A stretch of 64,000 nucleotides of DNA. Origin: a virus (Duplodnaviria > Caudoviricetes). Positions 10,063-19,643 of this stretch are shown piece by piece. The DNA lies in IMG/VR virus record IMGVR_UViG_3300013368_000005, positions 32,001 through 96,000 of that record; one strand, 5' to 3'. The notes beneath the pieces are model-generated. The model was not told the origin of the DNA and made no database searches. It saw nothing but the letters and a program-made list of their open reading frames with translations. The translations under genes and the position numbers were made by a program. Numbering within the stretch: position 1 is the stretch's first letter; every line of letters begins with the position of its first letter.

Positions 10063-10070
10063 AAATATAG

Positions 10071-10216
10071 GCTTGTACATTTTTACAAAGTACAAAACAT
10101 TTAAATATTTATATTTAAATTATATAAATTTAATATATAAGTATAATGATGTAAATATTCATGTTTCTACAATACATGATGAGAGGATTGTCAAATCTCA
10201 CTTCGTGAGATTTTAA
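10071..10216 (+). repeat. Copy 2 of the ~140 bp inverted-repeat element
   Basis: See 8356-8492. Contains AACA-TTTAAA-TA at 10096-10107 and the hairpin AAATCTCAC-TTC-GTGAGATTT. Confidence 0.85.
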
Positions 10217-10230
10217 AGGAGGAATAAAAA

Positions 10231-10407
10231 ATGAAAGATTCTAAAATAAATCTAAATAATAAGTGGTTTACTATAGAACGAGATCATTACAAATGTAAAT
10301 TATGTAAATTCTATTATAAAATATACAATGAAACTGAACCCAGTAAATGTCCTAATTATAATCATAGTACTAAAGATGAACAAAAGAATATCAATAAAAA
10401 TAAATAA
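10231..10407 (+). CDS. 58-aa protein missing from the ORF track; zinc-ribbon or HNH-N-terminus-like remnant
   Basis: AAGGAGG SD; translates as MKDSKINLNNKWFTIERDHYKCKLCKFYYKIYNETEPSKCPNYNHSTKDEQKNINKNK. Confidence 0.55.
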   Translation: MKDSKINLNNKWFTIERDHYKCKLCKFYYKIYNETEPSKCPNYNHSTKDEQKNINKNK

Positions 10408-10498
10408 TATATTAAATAAACTAGGGAAACAATCTCTAGTTTATTTTTTGTGTATTTACATAAGATAACATTCATATAATTATGAAAGGAGTGATACT

Positions 10499-11311
10499 AT
10501 GAGAGATCCACAAAATATTCAACAAGTCGAATATAATGGAAATAAAATAAGTATAGTTAAAATGGACGATATACCTCCATTTGATATTCCAGACTATGAC
10601 CTATTAGATAGTAAAGAACTTAGTAAATATTTTGATGATATTGAAAGAAAAATAATAAGAAATTCATTTGAATATAGACAAATGGTGAATTTCTTAAGAG
10701 AAAATTTAGATATGAATAAATGTAGTTTCTATCAGAATGTAAATAATATAGATACATTTAAAATAAAAATACATTTACATCATGAACCATTTACATTATA
10801 TGATTTAGTTACTATAGTGTATAATAAGAGATTATTTTTCCATGAATGTTTAGAAGCAGAATTAGTAGCTAAAGAAGTTATGTACCTACATTACAAATTA
10901 ATGGTAGGTCTTATACCTTTAGCAGAAACTGTACATGAATTAGTACACAATAGCTATTTATTTGTTCCTATGGATAAAGTATTTGGAAATGTACAAGAAT
11001 TTATAAACATGTATGAAGATTTTATGTCTCCAGAACAATTAGATTTACTAGAAAGAAATCGACAATATACTAAAACTTACTGTGAAGAATTATCAAATAA
11101 CCATATCCTAAATAAAAACTATATATATTTAGATTTAACAGGTGCATATGATATTCCTACATTAGAAGAAGTAGTAGATTCTATGAATGCGAAGATAAAG
11201 GAGATAAAAGGGGATACCTCATCTATATATGTAGAAGAGAAGCCAAAAAAACAATTACAGCAGATGGTATCTTTTGGACAAGCACCTGATAGTGTTTTAC
11301 CTGATAAATAA
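10499..11311 (+). CDS. Late protein with His-rich HNH-like motifs; paralog of 20972-21625
   Basis: IHLHHEPFTLYD...LIPLAETVHELVHN; AACA-N6-TA promoter at 10467-10478. Confidence 0.65.
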   Translation: MRDPQNIQQVEYNGNKISIVKMDDIPPFDIPDYDLLDSKELSKYFDDIERKIIRNSFEYRQMVNFLRENLDMNKCSFYQNVNNIDTFKIKIHLHHEPFTLYDLVTIVYNKRLFFHECLEAELVAKEVMYLHYKLMVGLIPLAETVHELVHNSYLFVPMDKVFGNVQEFINMYEDFMSPEQLDLLERNRQYTKTYCEELSNNHILNKNYIYLDLTGAYDIPTLEEVVDSMNAKIKEIKGDTSSIYVEEKPKKQLQQMVSFGQAPDSVLPDK

Positions 11312-11449
11312 AATCTTAAACTATTTATTATTATGCACCTATATATTATTTATATTTATTATTTTTTATATATTTTTTTACATGAATATAGATGACTAAA
11401 ATAGATATAATAAACATTATATTAATTAATCTATAAAGGAGGAATAAAA

Positions 11450-11947
11450 ATGGCAGATTTATTTACTAAAAGTATAATTGATATTTTAAATGAAGCATCA
11501 GATTGTGAAGCTTGTTCTAATGAAGAATTAGAACTTGATGGGGAATTAGAAGATGAATACGATGATGTAGAAGAATTAGAAGACGATATAGAATATACTG
11601 AAGAAATGGTTAATGTAATATTACAAGAATCAAATTCACAAACTAAATATTTGATAGAATATGATAATCTTTGCAAATTGATGGAGTCTAAACGCATGGA
11701 TATAAAGGAGGCTATGATATCAGTTTGTGAGCATAACCAAATTTCATTCAGTCACGCATACCTTGTATTAGAATCCGATGAAACTTTCGCAGAAGCATTA
11801 AATGAAGCAAAAGCATCAATAAAATATGCAAATAACCCGATAGATAAAACAAAAAATAAAAAGAAAGTAGGAAAGGTTTACGATACTTTCAAGGATATAA
11901 AGAATAAAGGAATAAAAGTATTAAAGAAAAAATCTAAGAAAAAATAA
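11450..11947 (+). CDS. Putative virion internal (head) protein with acidic N-half and Lys-rich C-tail
   Basis: Late-type promoter at 11413-11424; repeated LNEA / LQES / LMES / VLES sites resemble prohead-protease cleavage motifs. Confidence 0.5.
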   Translation: MADLFTKSIIDILNEASDCEACSNEELELDGELEDEYDDVEELEDDIEYTEEMVNVILQESNSQTKYLIEYDNLCKLMESKRMDIKEAMISVCEHNQISFSHAYLVLESDETFAEALNEAKASIKYANNPIDKTKNKKKVGKVYDTFKDIKNKGIKVLKKKSKKK

Positions 11948-12069
11948 TTATATAACATATATTTAAAAAATATAATATTTTTTTATTTTCCTTTCTAAGT
12001 TATATTTAAACCAGATATATAAATGAATATAGTTTTCTATATTCATTTATATTATTTTAATATCAATAT

Positions 12070-12163
12070 AACAATAAAGTGAATTAGAAATTATTCATTT
12101 ATTCTATTTCATAATTAATCTCACTTCGGTAAAGTAGTATATCGTTATGATATACTACTTTTT
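12070..12163 (+). ncRNA. Candidate small RNA: late-type promoter, anti-RBS/anti-AUG tract, terminator
   Basis: AACA-ATAAAG-TG at 12070-12081; TTCATAATTAATCTC; terminator AAAGTAGTATATC-GTTAT-GATATACTACTTTTT; no ORF. Confidence 0.4.
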
Positions 12164-12184
12164 ATTATTAAATAATAATGCTAT

Positions 12185-12287
12185 AACATATAATTGAATA
12201 GCAAGTTTCATACTTAACCTCACCCTAAAGTTTTTATGATTTGAAATCAAATATAAAAGATAGAGATTAGTTTCTCTATCTTTTATA
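12185..12287 (+). ncRNA. Candidate small RNA: late-type promoter, anti-RBS/anti-AUG tract, terminator
   Basis: AACA-TATAAT-TG at 12185-12196; TTCATACTTAACCTCACCC; terminator TATAAAAGATAGAGA-TTAGTT-TCTCTATCTTTTATA. Confidence 0.4.
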
Positions 12288-12371
12288 CTGTCTAAATATA
12301 TACATAATTATATATTATAATAATGAAATAAACAATAAATTAATATTAAAAAATTTAAAGGAGGAATAAGT

Positions 12372-12968
12372 ATGAAGTTTTATTTCGATACAGAATTTAC
12401 ACAATTAAGAAAAGAAACAACATTAATCTCTGTAGGTATATTATCAGAAGATTATTCATGTTCTTTTTATGCAGAATTAACAGATTTTAATCAATCTTTA
12501 TGTGATGATTGGATAAACAAAAACGTTATAGATAATTGTATCTATATATCTAGAAAAGGAAAACAACAATATATATTTAATAGAACTATAGAAAGCTCTG
12601 AAACAAATAATATATCAATATGTGGAAATAGAGAAGAGGTTTCGAAAGAATTAGTAAGATGGCTTTCGAGATTTAGTGAAATTCAATTTGTAGCAGATGT
12701 ATGTAATTATGATTTCGTATTATTAATAGATCTAATCACAAATGGTGGTACCGCATTCGACTTACCAGCGAAAATATCACCATATTGTCATGATATAAAT
12801 CAAGATATCGCTGATTTTCTATCTATATCTGATAGTGCAGCATTTGATGTAAATAGAGAAGAATTGGCTTTGAAAATAAATCCATATTTAAAATTAAATG
12901 AAAAGTCTAAACATAATGCATTATACGATGCAAGAATGTGTGCTATTGTTTACAAATCAATAAAATAA
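12372..12968 (+). CDS. DEDDh 3'-5' exonuclease (Rv2179c/DUF5051-like)
   Basis: FYFDTEFT, YDFVLL, HDINQ and KHNALYDARM; early promoter at 12311-12318. Confidence 0.85.
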   Translation: MKFYFDTEFTQLRKETTLISVGILSEDYSCSFYAELTDFNQSLCDDWINKNVIDNCIYISRKGKQQYIFNRTIESSETNNISICGNREEVSKELVRWLSRFSEIQFVADVCNYDFVLLIDLITNGGTAFDLPAKISPYCHDINQDIADFLSISDSAAFDVNREELALKINPYLKLNEKSKHNALYDARMCAIVYKSIK

Positions 12969-12988
12969 TATATAGGAAGTGAATCTAA

Positions 12989-13318
12989 ATGGGAATGTAT
13001 TTTTATAAAGGTGTACCTTTATTTAATTATCATACAAGATTTAAAGACACTGACATTACTGTATATAATGGATATATGGGTCATAACATAAAATGGTTAA
13101 TAAATGATTTAGAACAACAATTTACAAAATATAATAATAAAAATACAATATTAATTAATCCAGATAATGGAGAGATATGTGTATATGATAAAAATGAAAA
13201 ACAAGAATTAAAATTTCAAATAGAAGATAGCAAAGATTATCAAAATTTGAAAAATATTATTATAAATAATATGAATACAGTATGTATAGATCATACTGAA
13301 AATTATCAGCTATGTTAA
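12989..13318 (+). CDS. Hypothetical protein
   Basis: ORF in the early operon with an RBS. Confidence 0.6.
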   Translation: MGMYFYKGVPLFNYHTRFKDTDITVYNGYMGHNIKWLINDLEQQFTKYNNKNTILINPDNGEICVYDKNEKQELKFQIEDSKDYQNLKNIIINNMNTVCIDHTENYQLC

Positions 13319-13371
13319 ATAAAGAACTTTAAGTTCTTTAATATAAAAAATGAAAATAGGGGGAGAAGGAA

Positions 13372-13683
13372 ATGAAAATATTTAATTGTCAAATCGTAAA
13401 AGGAGAAATAGTAGATATGTATGGAAGCGGTGTTGGTGAAGCACCCCAATATTTACTATTAGTGGAAGATAATGAGCATGAAGGATTAGACATAGAACCT
13501 TCAAAAATAATCTATTTAACAGAAGATTTAGCAGATGATGTAAAAGATATACATTATCAAATAATCGATGCTATGATAGATATGCTATCAGAAACAGAAG
13601 TAAATAATATAAGAATTAATAACTCTGAGTCAGCAATTGTTATAGGAGGTGCTGAAATTACGAGGAGGAAAAGTATTCTGTAA
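13372..13683 (+). CDS. Hypothetical protein
   Basis: GGGGGAG RBS. Confidence 0.6.
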   Translation: MKIFNCQIVKGEIVDMYGSGVGEAPQYLLLVEDNEHEGLDIEPSKIIYLTEDLADDVKDIHYQIIDAMIDMLSETEVNNIRINNSESAIVIGGAEITRRKSIL

Positions 13684-13693
13684 GGAGAAAAAT

Positions 13694-14389
13694 ATGAATT
13701 ATGAAGACATATTTAATAAAAATACATTAAATATATTTACTGATGCTTCAATCAGTAAAATAGGAAATGAAACAGTTGGTTGTAGTGGTTGTATAGCCAC
13801 TACAACTGATAATTATGGAAAATCGATAATAGTAGATGAATTTTATTTTATAAATAGAGATACTACTAATAATGATTCAGAATTAAAAGCTATACATGCT
13901 GGTATATATAAAGCTATACAGTATAGAAATAATTATAAACAAATTAATTTATTCTCTGATTCTCTTGTTTCAGTTAAGGGATTAAAAGAATGGATATTTA
14001 ATTGGATTAATAATATGAAACTAGGAGTATTATACGGAAGTTCTGGAGAAGTGAAAAATCAAGAATTAATAAAATCTATTATATCGGATATAATAACTTC
14101 TCAATTACAAATTAAAATTTATCACCAAAAAGGTCATATAAAAATCAATGATTATGATGATTTATTAAAAGCTCAAAGAATATTTTTAAGGGAGAACAAT
14201 ATTACTGCTCCTTTAGAATTAATTAAAGATTTATGCTATTACAATGATATTGTAGATAATACAAGTAGACAACGATTATTAATATATGTAAGTGACAAAA
14301 CCCAATCACTTCAGTTACAAAAAAATCCTATAAGTCATCTTATAGATACAACAAGAATAAGGAATGAATATAGAATATTGGTTAAGTAA
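13694..14389 (+). CDS. rnhA: Ribonuclease HI
   Basis: IFTDAS, TNNDSELKAI, LFSDS, HQKGH and NDIVD give the RNase H catalytic D/E/D/H/D set. AAGGAG SD supports ATG 13694 rather than 13649. Confidence 0.88.
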   Translation: MNYEDIFNKNTLNIFTDASISKIGNETVGCSGCIATTTDNYGKSIIVDEFYFINRDTTNNDSELKAIHAGIYKAIQYRNNYKQINLFSDSLVSVKGLKEWIFNWINNMKLGVLYGSSGEVKNQELIKSIISDIITSQLQIKIYHQKGHIKINDYDDLLKAQRIFLRENNITAPLELIKDLCYYNDIVDNTSRQRLLIYVSDKTQSLQLQKNPISHLIDTTRIRNEYRILVK

Positions 14390-14403
14390 AGGAGATTTTT
14401 ATT

Positions 14404-14814
14404 ATGAAATCAGAAGACTTATATAAAATGGATAAAGCCTATGAATTATTAGAAGAATGTGAACCAACATATAAGAGCTTAGATATACTTATATGCTTAA
14501 ACAAACCATTATTTATTATGTATTTTTCTAGTATTGATATCTTATTAAATAATGATGAAAAATATAATCGGTTTAACACTGCTATTGATAATTTAACTAA
14601 ACCAATGTATGATATTTTATCAACAGTAGAGCATAGTATTGATAAAGAAAAAATAATGAATATGAAAGAACTTTTAAAGATATGTATAATACATGAAGTA
14701 TTATGTTTAGTATCATCTGAAGAAGTATTCGATAAGCCATCTTCTATGAATTGTTTAGATAATTTAGTAAATAGTATTTTTACTGGGTTTAGTAAAATAA
14801 AAGGTTATTTTTAG
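14404..14814 (+). CDS. Hypothetical protein
   Basis: AAGGAG RBS. Confidence 0.6.
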   Translation: MKSEDLYKMDKAYELLEECEPTYKSLDILICLNKPLFIMYFSSIDILLNNDEKYNRFNTAIDNLTKPMYDILSTVEHSIDKEKIMNMKELLKICIIHEVLCLVSSEEVFDKPSSMNCLDNLVNSIFTGFSKIKGYF

Positions 14815-14904
14815 CTTATATATATTTAAGAGAAATGTAAAATATAGGTTACTACAAAAGTAGTAACCTATTATTAATATTAAAAATAAAGGGAGAGATT
14901 AATT

Positions 14905-15726
14905 ATGAATAAACAACAATTAAAGCCGATGGTAAAATTTGAAGATAATTTACAGTATAAGAATACAACTTATACAGCAGAAACAATGTATAGTAAAATA
15001 GCACAAATTTATACTAATGAGAGATTATTAGAAAGTGGTTATCCAGAAAATGAATTAATGTTAAACCACAGGAGAATGTGTTTAGAACAAACTTTTAGAA
15101 ATAGAGTTCAATTTTTATTAATGCAAGTTATTGAGAGCTTTAATAATAAGGTATATGAAGTGAACTCTTTATTAGAAAAAACAAAAAGTGGATTCACAAT
15201 CTATAGGTCACATACAGGAACATTAAATGGATATATAGAGTCTAAATTTGATTATATATATGATGTATATAGTTATATGCATATATTAAATAATCCGATA
15301 ACAATTAGTGACATATCATTAACTTTATCTACACTGATGTATAATGCAATAAATATATCAGTGCAAATACCTGAAGACATGAGAGATATCTATTATAATG
15401 AGATGTATGAGGTTAAGTTTGATAAATATATGCATAATGTAGATCCAAATATATTATTATCATTTGAGCAATATAGGACAAACTTAAGTAAATACTTTAC
15501 AATGCTAATAATGAAAATGTTCGAGCAATTATGTGGAGAAGTAAAAACAATTTATTTAGATGCAGGATATCCTAGATATGCGGAACCTTGTAAGTTCTGT
15601 TCAGAAGAAGAACCATCTAGGGCAATACAATTACATCAACCAGTAAAAACAATTGAAGCAACAGAAGGAAAAAAACGTAGATATAGAAAACTAGATATTC
15701 CATTATTTGAAGAATTGGAAAAATAA
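14905..15726 (+). CDS. Hypothetical protein
   Basis: GGGAGAGATTAATTATG RBS. Confidence 0.7.
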   Translation: MNKQQLKPMVKFEDNLQYKNTTYTAETMYSKIAQIYTNERLLESGYPENELMLNHRRMCLEQTFRNRVQFLLMQVIESFNNKVYEVNSLLEKTKSGFTIYRSHTGTLNGYIESKFDYIYDVYSYMHILNNPITISDISLTLSTLMYNAINISVQIPEDMRDIYYNEMYEVKFDKYMHNVDPNILLSFEQYRTNLSKYFTMLIMKMFEQLCGEVKTIYLDAGYPRYAEPCKFCSEEEPSRAIQLHQPVKTIEATEGKKRRYRKLDIPLFEELEK

Positions 15727-15759
15727 TTATCTGAATTTATTAAGGAGAATTAATTTACT

Positions 15760-16269
15760 ATGAATACACAAGTTTTATTTTCTAGTAATGATCAAACTTG
15801 GGAAACACCTTTAGAGGTGTTTTCCAAATTAAATAATGAGTTTAATTTCACATTAGATGTATGCTGCACCATGTATACTACTAAATGTAAAAAATTTTTT
15901 ACCCCAGAACAAAATGGATTAATTCAAGATTGGAGTAATAATGTATGTTGGATGAATCCACCTTACGGAACGGAGATACCTATTTGGATAGAAAAAGCTT
16001 ATAATGAAAGTTTAAAAGGAGCTATCGTGGTTTGCTTAATTCCAGCTAGAACAGATACAAAGTATTGGCATAATTTTTGTATGAAATCAGCTGAAATTAG
16101 ATTTATAAAAGGTAGATTAAAATTTGGTAATTCAAAAAATTCTGCACCATTTCCAAGTGCAATTGTGATTTTTAATAATAAAATAAATGAATTAACTGTA
16201 TCTAGTTATACAGTATATGGTAGATTAATTAATTTTAAGCTTCCAAAAATGGTAAGATACTTATATTAA
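15760..16269 (+). CDS. Phage DNA N6-adenine methyltransferase (Dam-like phage family)
   Basis: WETP, FTLDVC, WMNPPYG, LIPARTDT, IRFIKGRLKF and APFPS. Confidence 0.92.
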   Translation: MNTQVLFSSNDQTWETPLEVFSKLNNEFNFTLDVCCTMYTTKCKKFFTPEQNGLIQDWSNNVCWMNPPYGTEIPIWIEKAYNESLKGAIVVCLIPARTDTKYWHNFCMKSAEIRFIKGRLKFGNSKNSAPFPSAIVIFNNKINELTVSSYTVYGRLINFKLPKMVRYLY

Positions 16270-16338
16270 TTTATATTATAATCATATATTATATATGTAG
16301 GAAATAAATATAAATTTAATATAAATGGAGGGGATTAA

Positions 16339-17103
16339 ATGTTTTATCAACAATCTCCTATAGCTATGAATATGGGTGGTAATATGAATCAAGGATTTAT
16401 ACCACCCAATCCAATTAGTAATGTAGCAATAGGTAGTAACGGGTATAATGGAATAGGAAATATGGGTTCTTATTATACAGGAACTTATAATAATTATTAT
16501 AATCCATATATGGCAATGAAACAGCAAGAAGCAATGAAAGCTGTATATATGGAAGAACAAAGACAACAAGTTGATATTATGAAAACAATATCAAAAAATG
16601 TAAATAAATCTTATGGGACAGAAGTTGATGATATATTTCTAAAACGCTATGATCCTGTCGATATAATTCAACAGAATAGAGATCCTGAAATAGATATAAA
16701 TATAAGATTAGCCAATGCACGTGCTGAAGCACAGTATGGAAGAAATCCAGAAGTAGAAGGGTACATTTACGCAATTAATACGATGTATGATAAATCTAAA
16801 GAAATGTATCCAGATAGTATGGGTATATATGAATTTAATAAGATATCTTCTGAAATAAATTTACAATATTTAGAAGAAGAATATAGAGAGAAACAAAGAA
16901 ATGTTGGGACACTATATAATAGATCTCAATATAATCAGCTTATATCAGAACATAGCAAAGCAAATAATTCATTTAGTAATGTTTTTGGAAATACAAAAAA
17001 CATTAATTCTATAGATGATTTAGAAGTTACATTACCAAGTCATTTAAGTAATGAACTTGCAGCTCGAAGAGAAATGTTTATGAAAAGTATAATGGGTAAA
17101 TAA
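16339..17103 (+). CDS. Hypothetical protein with a low-complexity N/G/Y/M-rich N-terminus
   Basis: Early promoter at 16285-16292; GGAGGGG RBS. Confidence 0.7.
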   Translation: MFYQQSPIAMNMGGNMNQGFIPPNPISNVAIGSNGYNGIGNMGSYYTGTYNNYYNPYMAMKQQEAMKAVYMEEQRQQVDIMKTISKNVNKSYGTEVDDIFLKRYDPVDIIQQNRDPEIDINIRLANARAEAQYGRNPEVEGYIYAINTMYDKSKEMYPDSMGIYEFNKISSEINLQYLEEEYREKQRNVGTLYNRSQYNQLISEHSKANNSFSNVFGNTKNINSIDDLEVTLPSHLSNELAARREMFMKSIMGK

Positions 17104-17116
17104 GGGGGAATATAAT

Positions 17117-18454
17117 ATGGCAAGAGTAGATTTATTAAGTGTATTATATTCTAAAGAAAAATCACCATTAGAATTTAAATTCGATTCAATGTGGATGCCA
17201 TCAATGTATAATTATCTTACGCAACAGGATATACAAGCATTGTATAATATAGCATCCTCTATTAGATATAGTTCTAAGATAGAATTAAAATATAAACTCA
17301 TAGATGATATTATGACAGTAAGAGGATTTAAGAAATTTGCCTCTGGAACTAATAGAGTAGTTTATAGTTATTTAGAAGACCAATCATTTTTAGTAAAAAT
17401 AGCAATAGATAGAGTTGGTCTTGGAGATAATCCAGCAGAATATAAAAATCAATTTTTATTAAAACCTTTTGTATCTAAAATGTTTGAATGTAGTCCATGT
17501 GGGACTGTAGCATTTGTAGAAAGATTAGAGCCCATAACATCTAGACAAGAATTTTTATCTATAGGCGAAGATATATTTAATTTATTAAATGAATTTATTA
17601 TAGGTAAATATGTATTAGAAGATATAGGAAGTAAATATTTTATGAACTATGGATTGCGTAAAGGATTTGGTGTATGTCTCTTAGACTATCCTTATGTGTA
17701 TGAATTGGATGGAAATAAACTGTATTGTAATAAGCAAGAACTTGAAACAAAGAATCTTTGTGGAGGAGAAATAGATTATGATGCAGGATTCAACAATTTA
17801 ATATGTAGTAAGTGTGGCAAAAGATTCAAAGCCAAAGATTTACAACAGTCTGTTCAAAATAAATTAATTTTATTAAAAAATGAAGGAGAGATTGATATGA
17901 AAATTAAAGTTAGTTATCGTGGAGAAGTAATAAGAGAATTTAATTCATCTGATGAAAGTGATGTTATTGTTAGAAAGCAAAAACAGCAATCACAACCAAC
18001 AATGAATGTAAAAGTAAATGGAGTTCCGATAGGGGGTCCAAAAACTCCGATTAACAATGTAAGAGAGTCTGCTTTTATCAATAAAAATAGACACGATATA
18101 AAGGGAGATAAAAAAAGATATGCAGAAATGGGAAACGCTAAATCAGTTCAAAAAGATAATACACAAGAAATAAAAAATCAAGTATCCCAGGCAGATTCTA
18201 AACCTGAAACTATAGAAAAAACAGATAATATATATACTATTGCGGTCAAATCTGATCCTCTTAAAGTTCCTACAATAGATGCAGCAACTTTAAATTCTAT
18301 AGGATTATTAGATAAAGATTTTGAAGAAGAGGACTCATCGAATAAAGAAGAAGATAAAGACTTAGCAGCTAAATATTACGATGAGTATAAAGATTTTGAA
18401 GAAGAGGATAATTTTCAAAAAATTAAAAAGAATAAAATTATAGATAGATATTAA
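17117..18454 (+). CDS. Protein kinase-like fold protein with a zinc ribbon and a charged disordered C-terminus
   Basis: ASGTNRVVY (Gly loop), FLVKIA (catalytic Lys), PAEY (alphaC Glu), LEDIG...NYG (catalytic loop), LLDY (DFG-like); then C..C..CSKC. Confidence 0.6.
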   Translation: MARVDLLSVLYSKEKSPLEFKFDSMWMPSMYNYLTQQDIQALYNIASSIRYSSKIELKYKLIDDIMTVRGFKKFASGTNRVVYSYLEDQSFLVKIAIDRVGLGDNPAEYKNQFLLKPFVSKMFECSPCGTVAFVERLEPITSRQEFLSIGEDIFNLLNEFIIGKYVLEDIGSKYFMNYGLRKGFGVCLLDYPYVYELDGNKLYCNKQELETKNLCGGEIDYDAGFNNLICSKCGKRFKAKDLQQSVQNKLILLKNEGEIDMKIKVSYRGEVIREFNSSDESDVIVRKQKQQSQPTMNVKVNGVPIGGPKTPINNVRESAFINKNRHDIKGDKKRYAEMGNAKSVQKDNTQEIKNQVSQADSKPETIEKTDNIYTIAVKSDPLKVPTIDAATLNSIGLLDKDFEEEDSSNKEEDKDLAAKYYDEYKDFEEEDNFQKIKKNKIIDRY

Positions 18455-18467
18455 TGGGGGGATCATT

Positions 18468-19130
18468 ATGTTATTCAATGGATCTATCTTTGTAACGACA
18501 GATTTAAATGTTGTTAGAAATAATTTTACAACAAGTAAAGTCGTTGTAATTGGAGATAATCAGCCAAGCAACCAAGAATTAGTAACATCGGTTGGCGGAG
18601 TATTAGCAAGTGTATTGCTACCTCCATATCAATCTATGGAAGCATATTTAGATAATAGAAAAGAAGATTTTATAAATCTATACTATGCATACTTATTTAG
18701 TCGAGAAACATTGGCGTTATTAGCAGCTCTGGTGAGAGCTATAATGAATGGTACAAACATTCTTATCTATATTAATGCGGATGAATATAATATGTATTTT
18801 GAAGCATTGTATAATTTTATAGCAATAAATTTTGGAATATTTATTGGAACTGGAACAAACCAATTTGGATTTTCAAACAATCCAATTCACATTAAATTTA
18901 TTTGTGATACTTTATATTTAAATGAATTTTTAAGTATACCAGAATTATTTGCATTATATCCTGCAGATGCAGATTTTCTTCAAGAAGTTGTTGTTAAATT
19001 AATAAATGAGTTAAATCCATATGTTGCAGATACTTCTTTTGAAGGTTATTGTAATTATTTTAGAAACTATAGAAATCAAATGTTAGCGAATAATGGTTCG
19101 TTCTTAAAACCATTGGTGCATAAATGTTAG
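18468..19130 (+). CDS. Hypothetical protein
   Basis: ORF in operon; GGGGG RBS. Confidence 0.7.
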   Translation: MLFNGSIFVTTDLNVVRNNFTTSKVVVIGDNQPSNQELVTSVGGVLASVLLPPYQSMEAYLDNRKEDFINLYYAYLFSRETLALLAALVRAIMNGTNILIYINADEYNMYFEALYNFIAINFGIFIGTGTNQFGFSNNPIHIKFICDTLYLNEFLSIPELFALYPADADFLQEVVVKLINELNPYVADTSFEGYCNYFRNYRNQMLANNGSFLKPLVHKC

Positions 19131-19591
19131 TATTTGGTGACTATACATGTTTGAAGCCAGTAATGAAGAATTTCTTTATATTTAATCTGGCTTCTTCATT
19201 AGAAGGTTTCGAAAGGGTAGATATAATACCAAGATTTCAAATGGAATATTCAAATAGAGATTTTGATGTGCTATATGCAAAATATATAATGGAAACAGAT
19301 TCAGTGTTTTATGAATTTATGAAAATAATAATTTCATTATATAATGGATTTGATGTATTTATATTAACTAATAGAAGCGGATTTTATGAGGATATTATAG
19401 AATCCCTTCAAAAGTTAATTCAGCAACGATATGGTATAATATCTAATATTATAAATGAACCAGATGATTGGAATTATGTCCAAGAATCTTGTTTTAATAT
19501 TAATGGTTTATATAATTTAGATATAGACAAAGAAAGATATGCAGTGATGTTTACAAATTTAAATTTAGATACTATACTAAAGTCATTGTAA
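19124..19591 (+). CDS. Hypothetical protein, weakly similar to the upstream gene
   Basis: Overlapping start; ISLYNGFDVFIL resembles RAIMNGTNILIY in 18468-19130. Confidence 0.65.
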   Translation: MLVFGDYTCLKPVMKNFFIFNLASSLEGFERVDIIPRFQMEYSNRDFDVLYAKYIMETDSVFYEFMKIIISLYNGFDVFILTNRSGFYEDIIESLQKLIQQRYGIISNIINEPDDWNYVQESCFNINGLYNLDIDKERYAVMFTNLNLDTILKSL

Positions 19592-19643
19592 AATTAATAA
19601 AGTTAGAGATTATCTCTAACTTTATTTTTTCGGAGGTTTTTAA

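Noticed and set aside
12155-12211. Minus-strand mini-ORFs behind SD-like sequences (18 aa here, and ATG-AAA-TAG near 12111)
   Set aside because: Too short and they run across terminator hairpins. Treated instead as possible antisense tracts.
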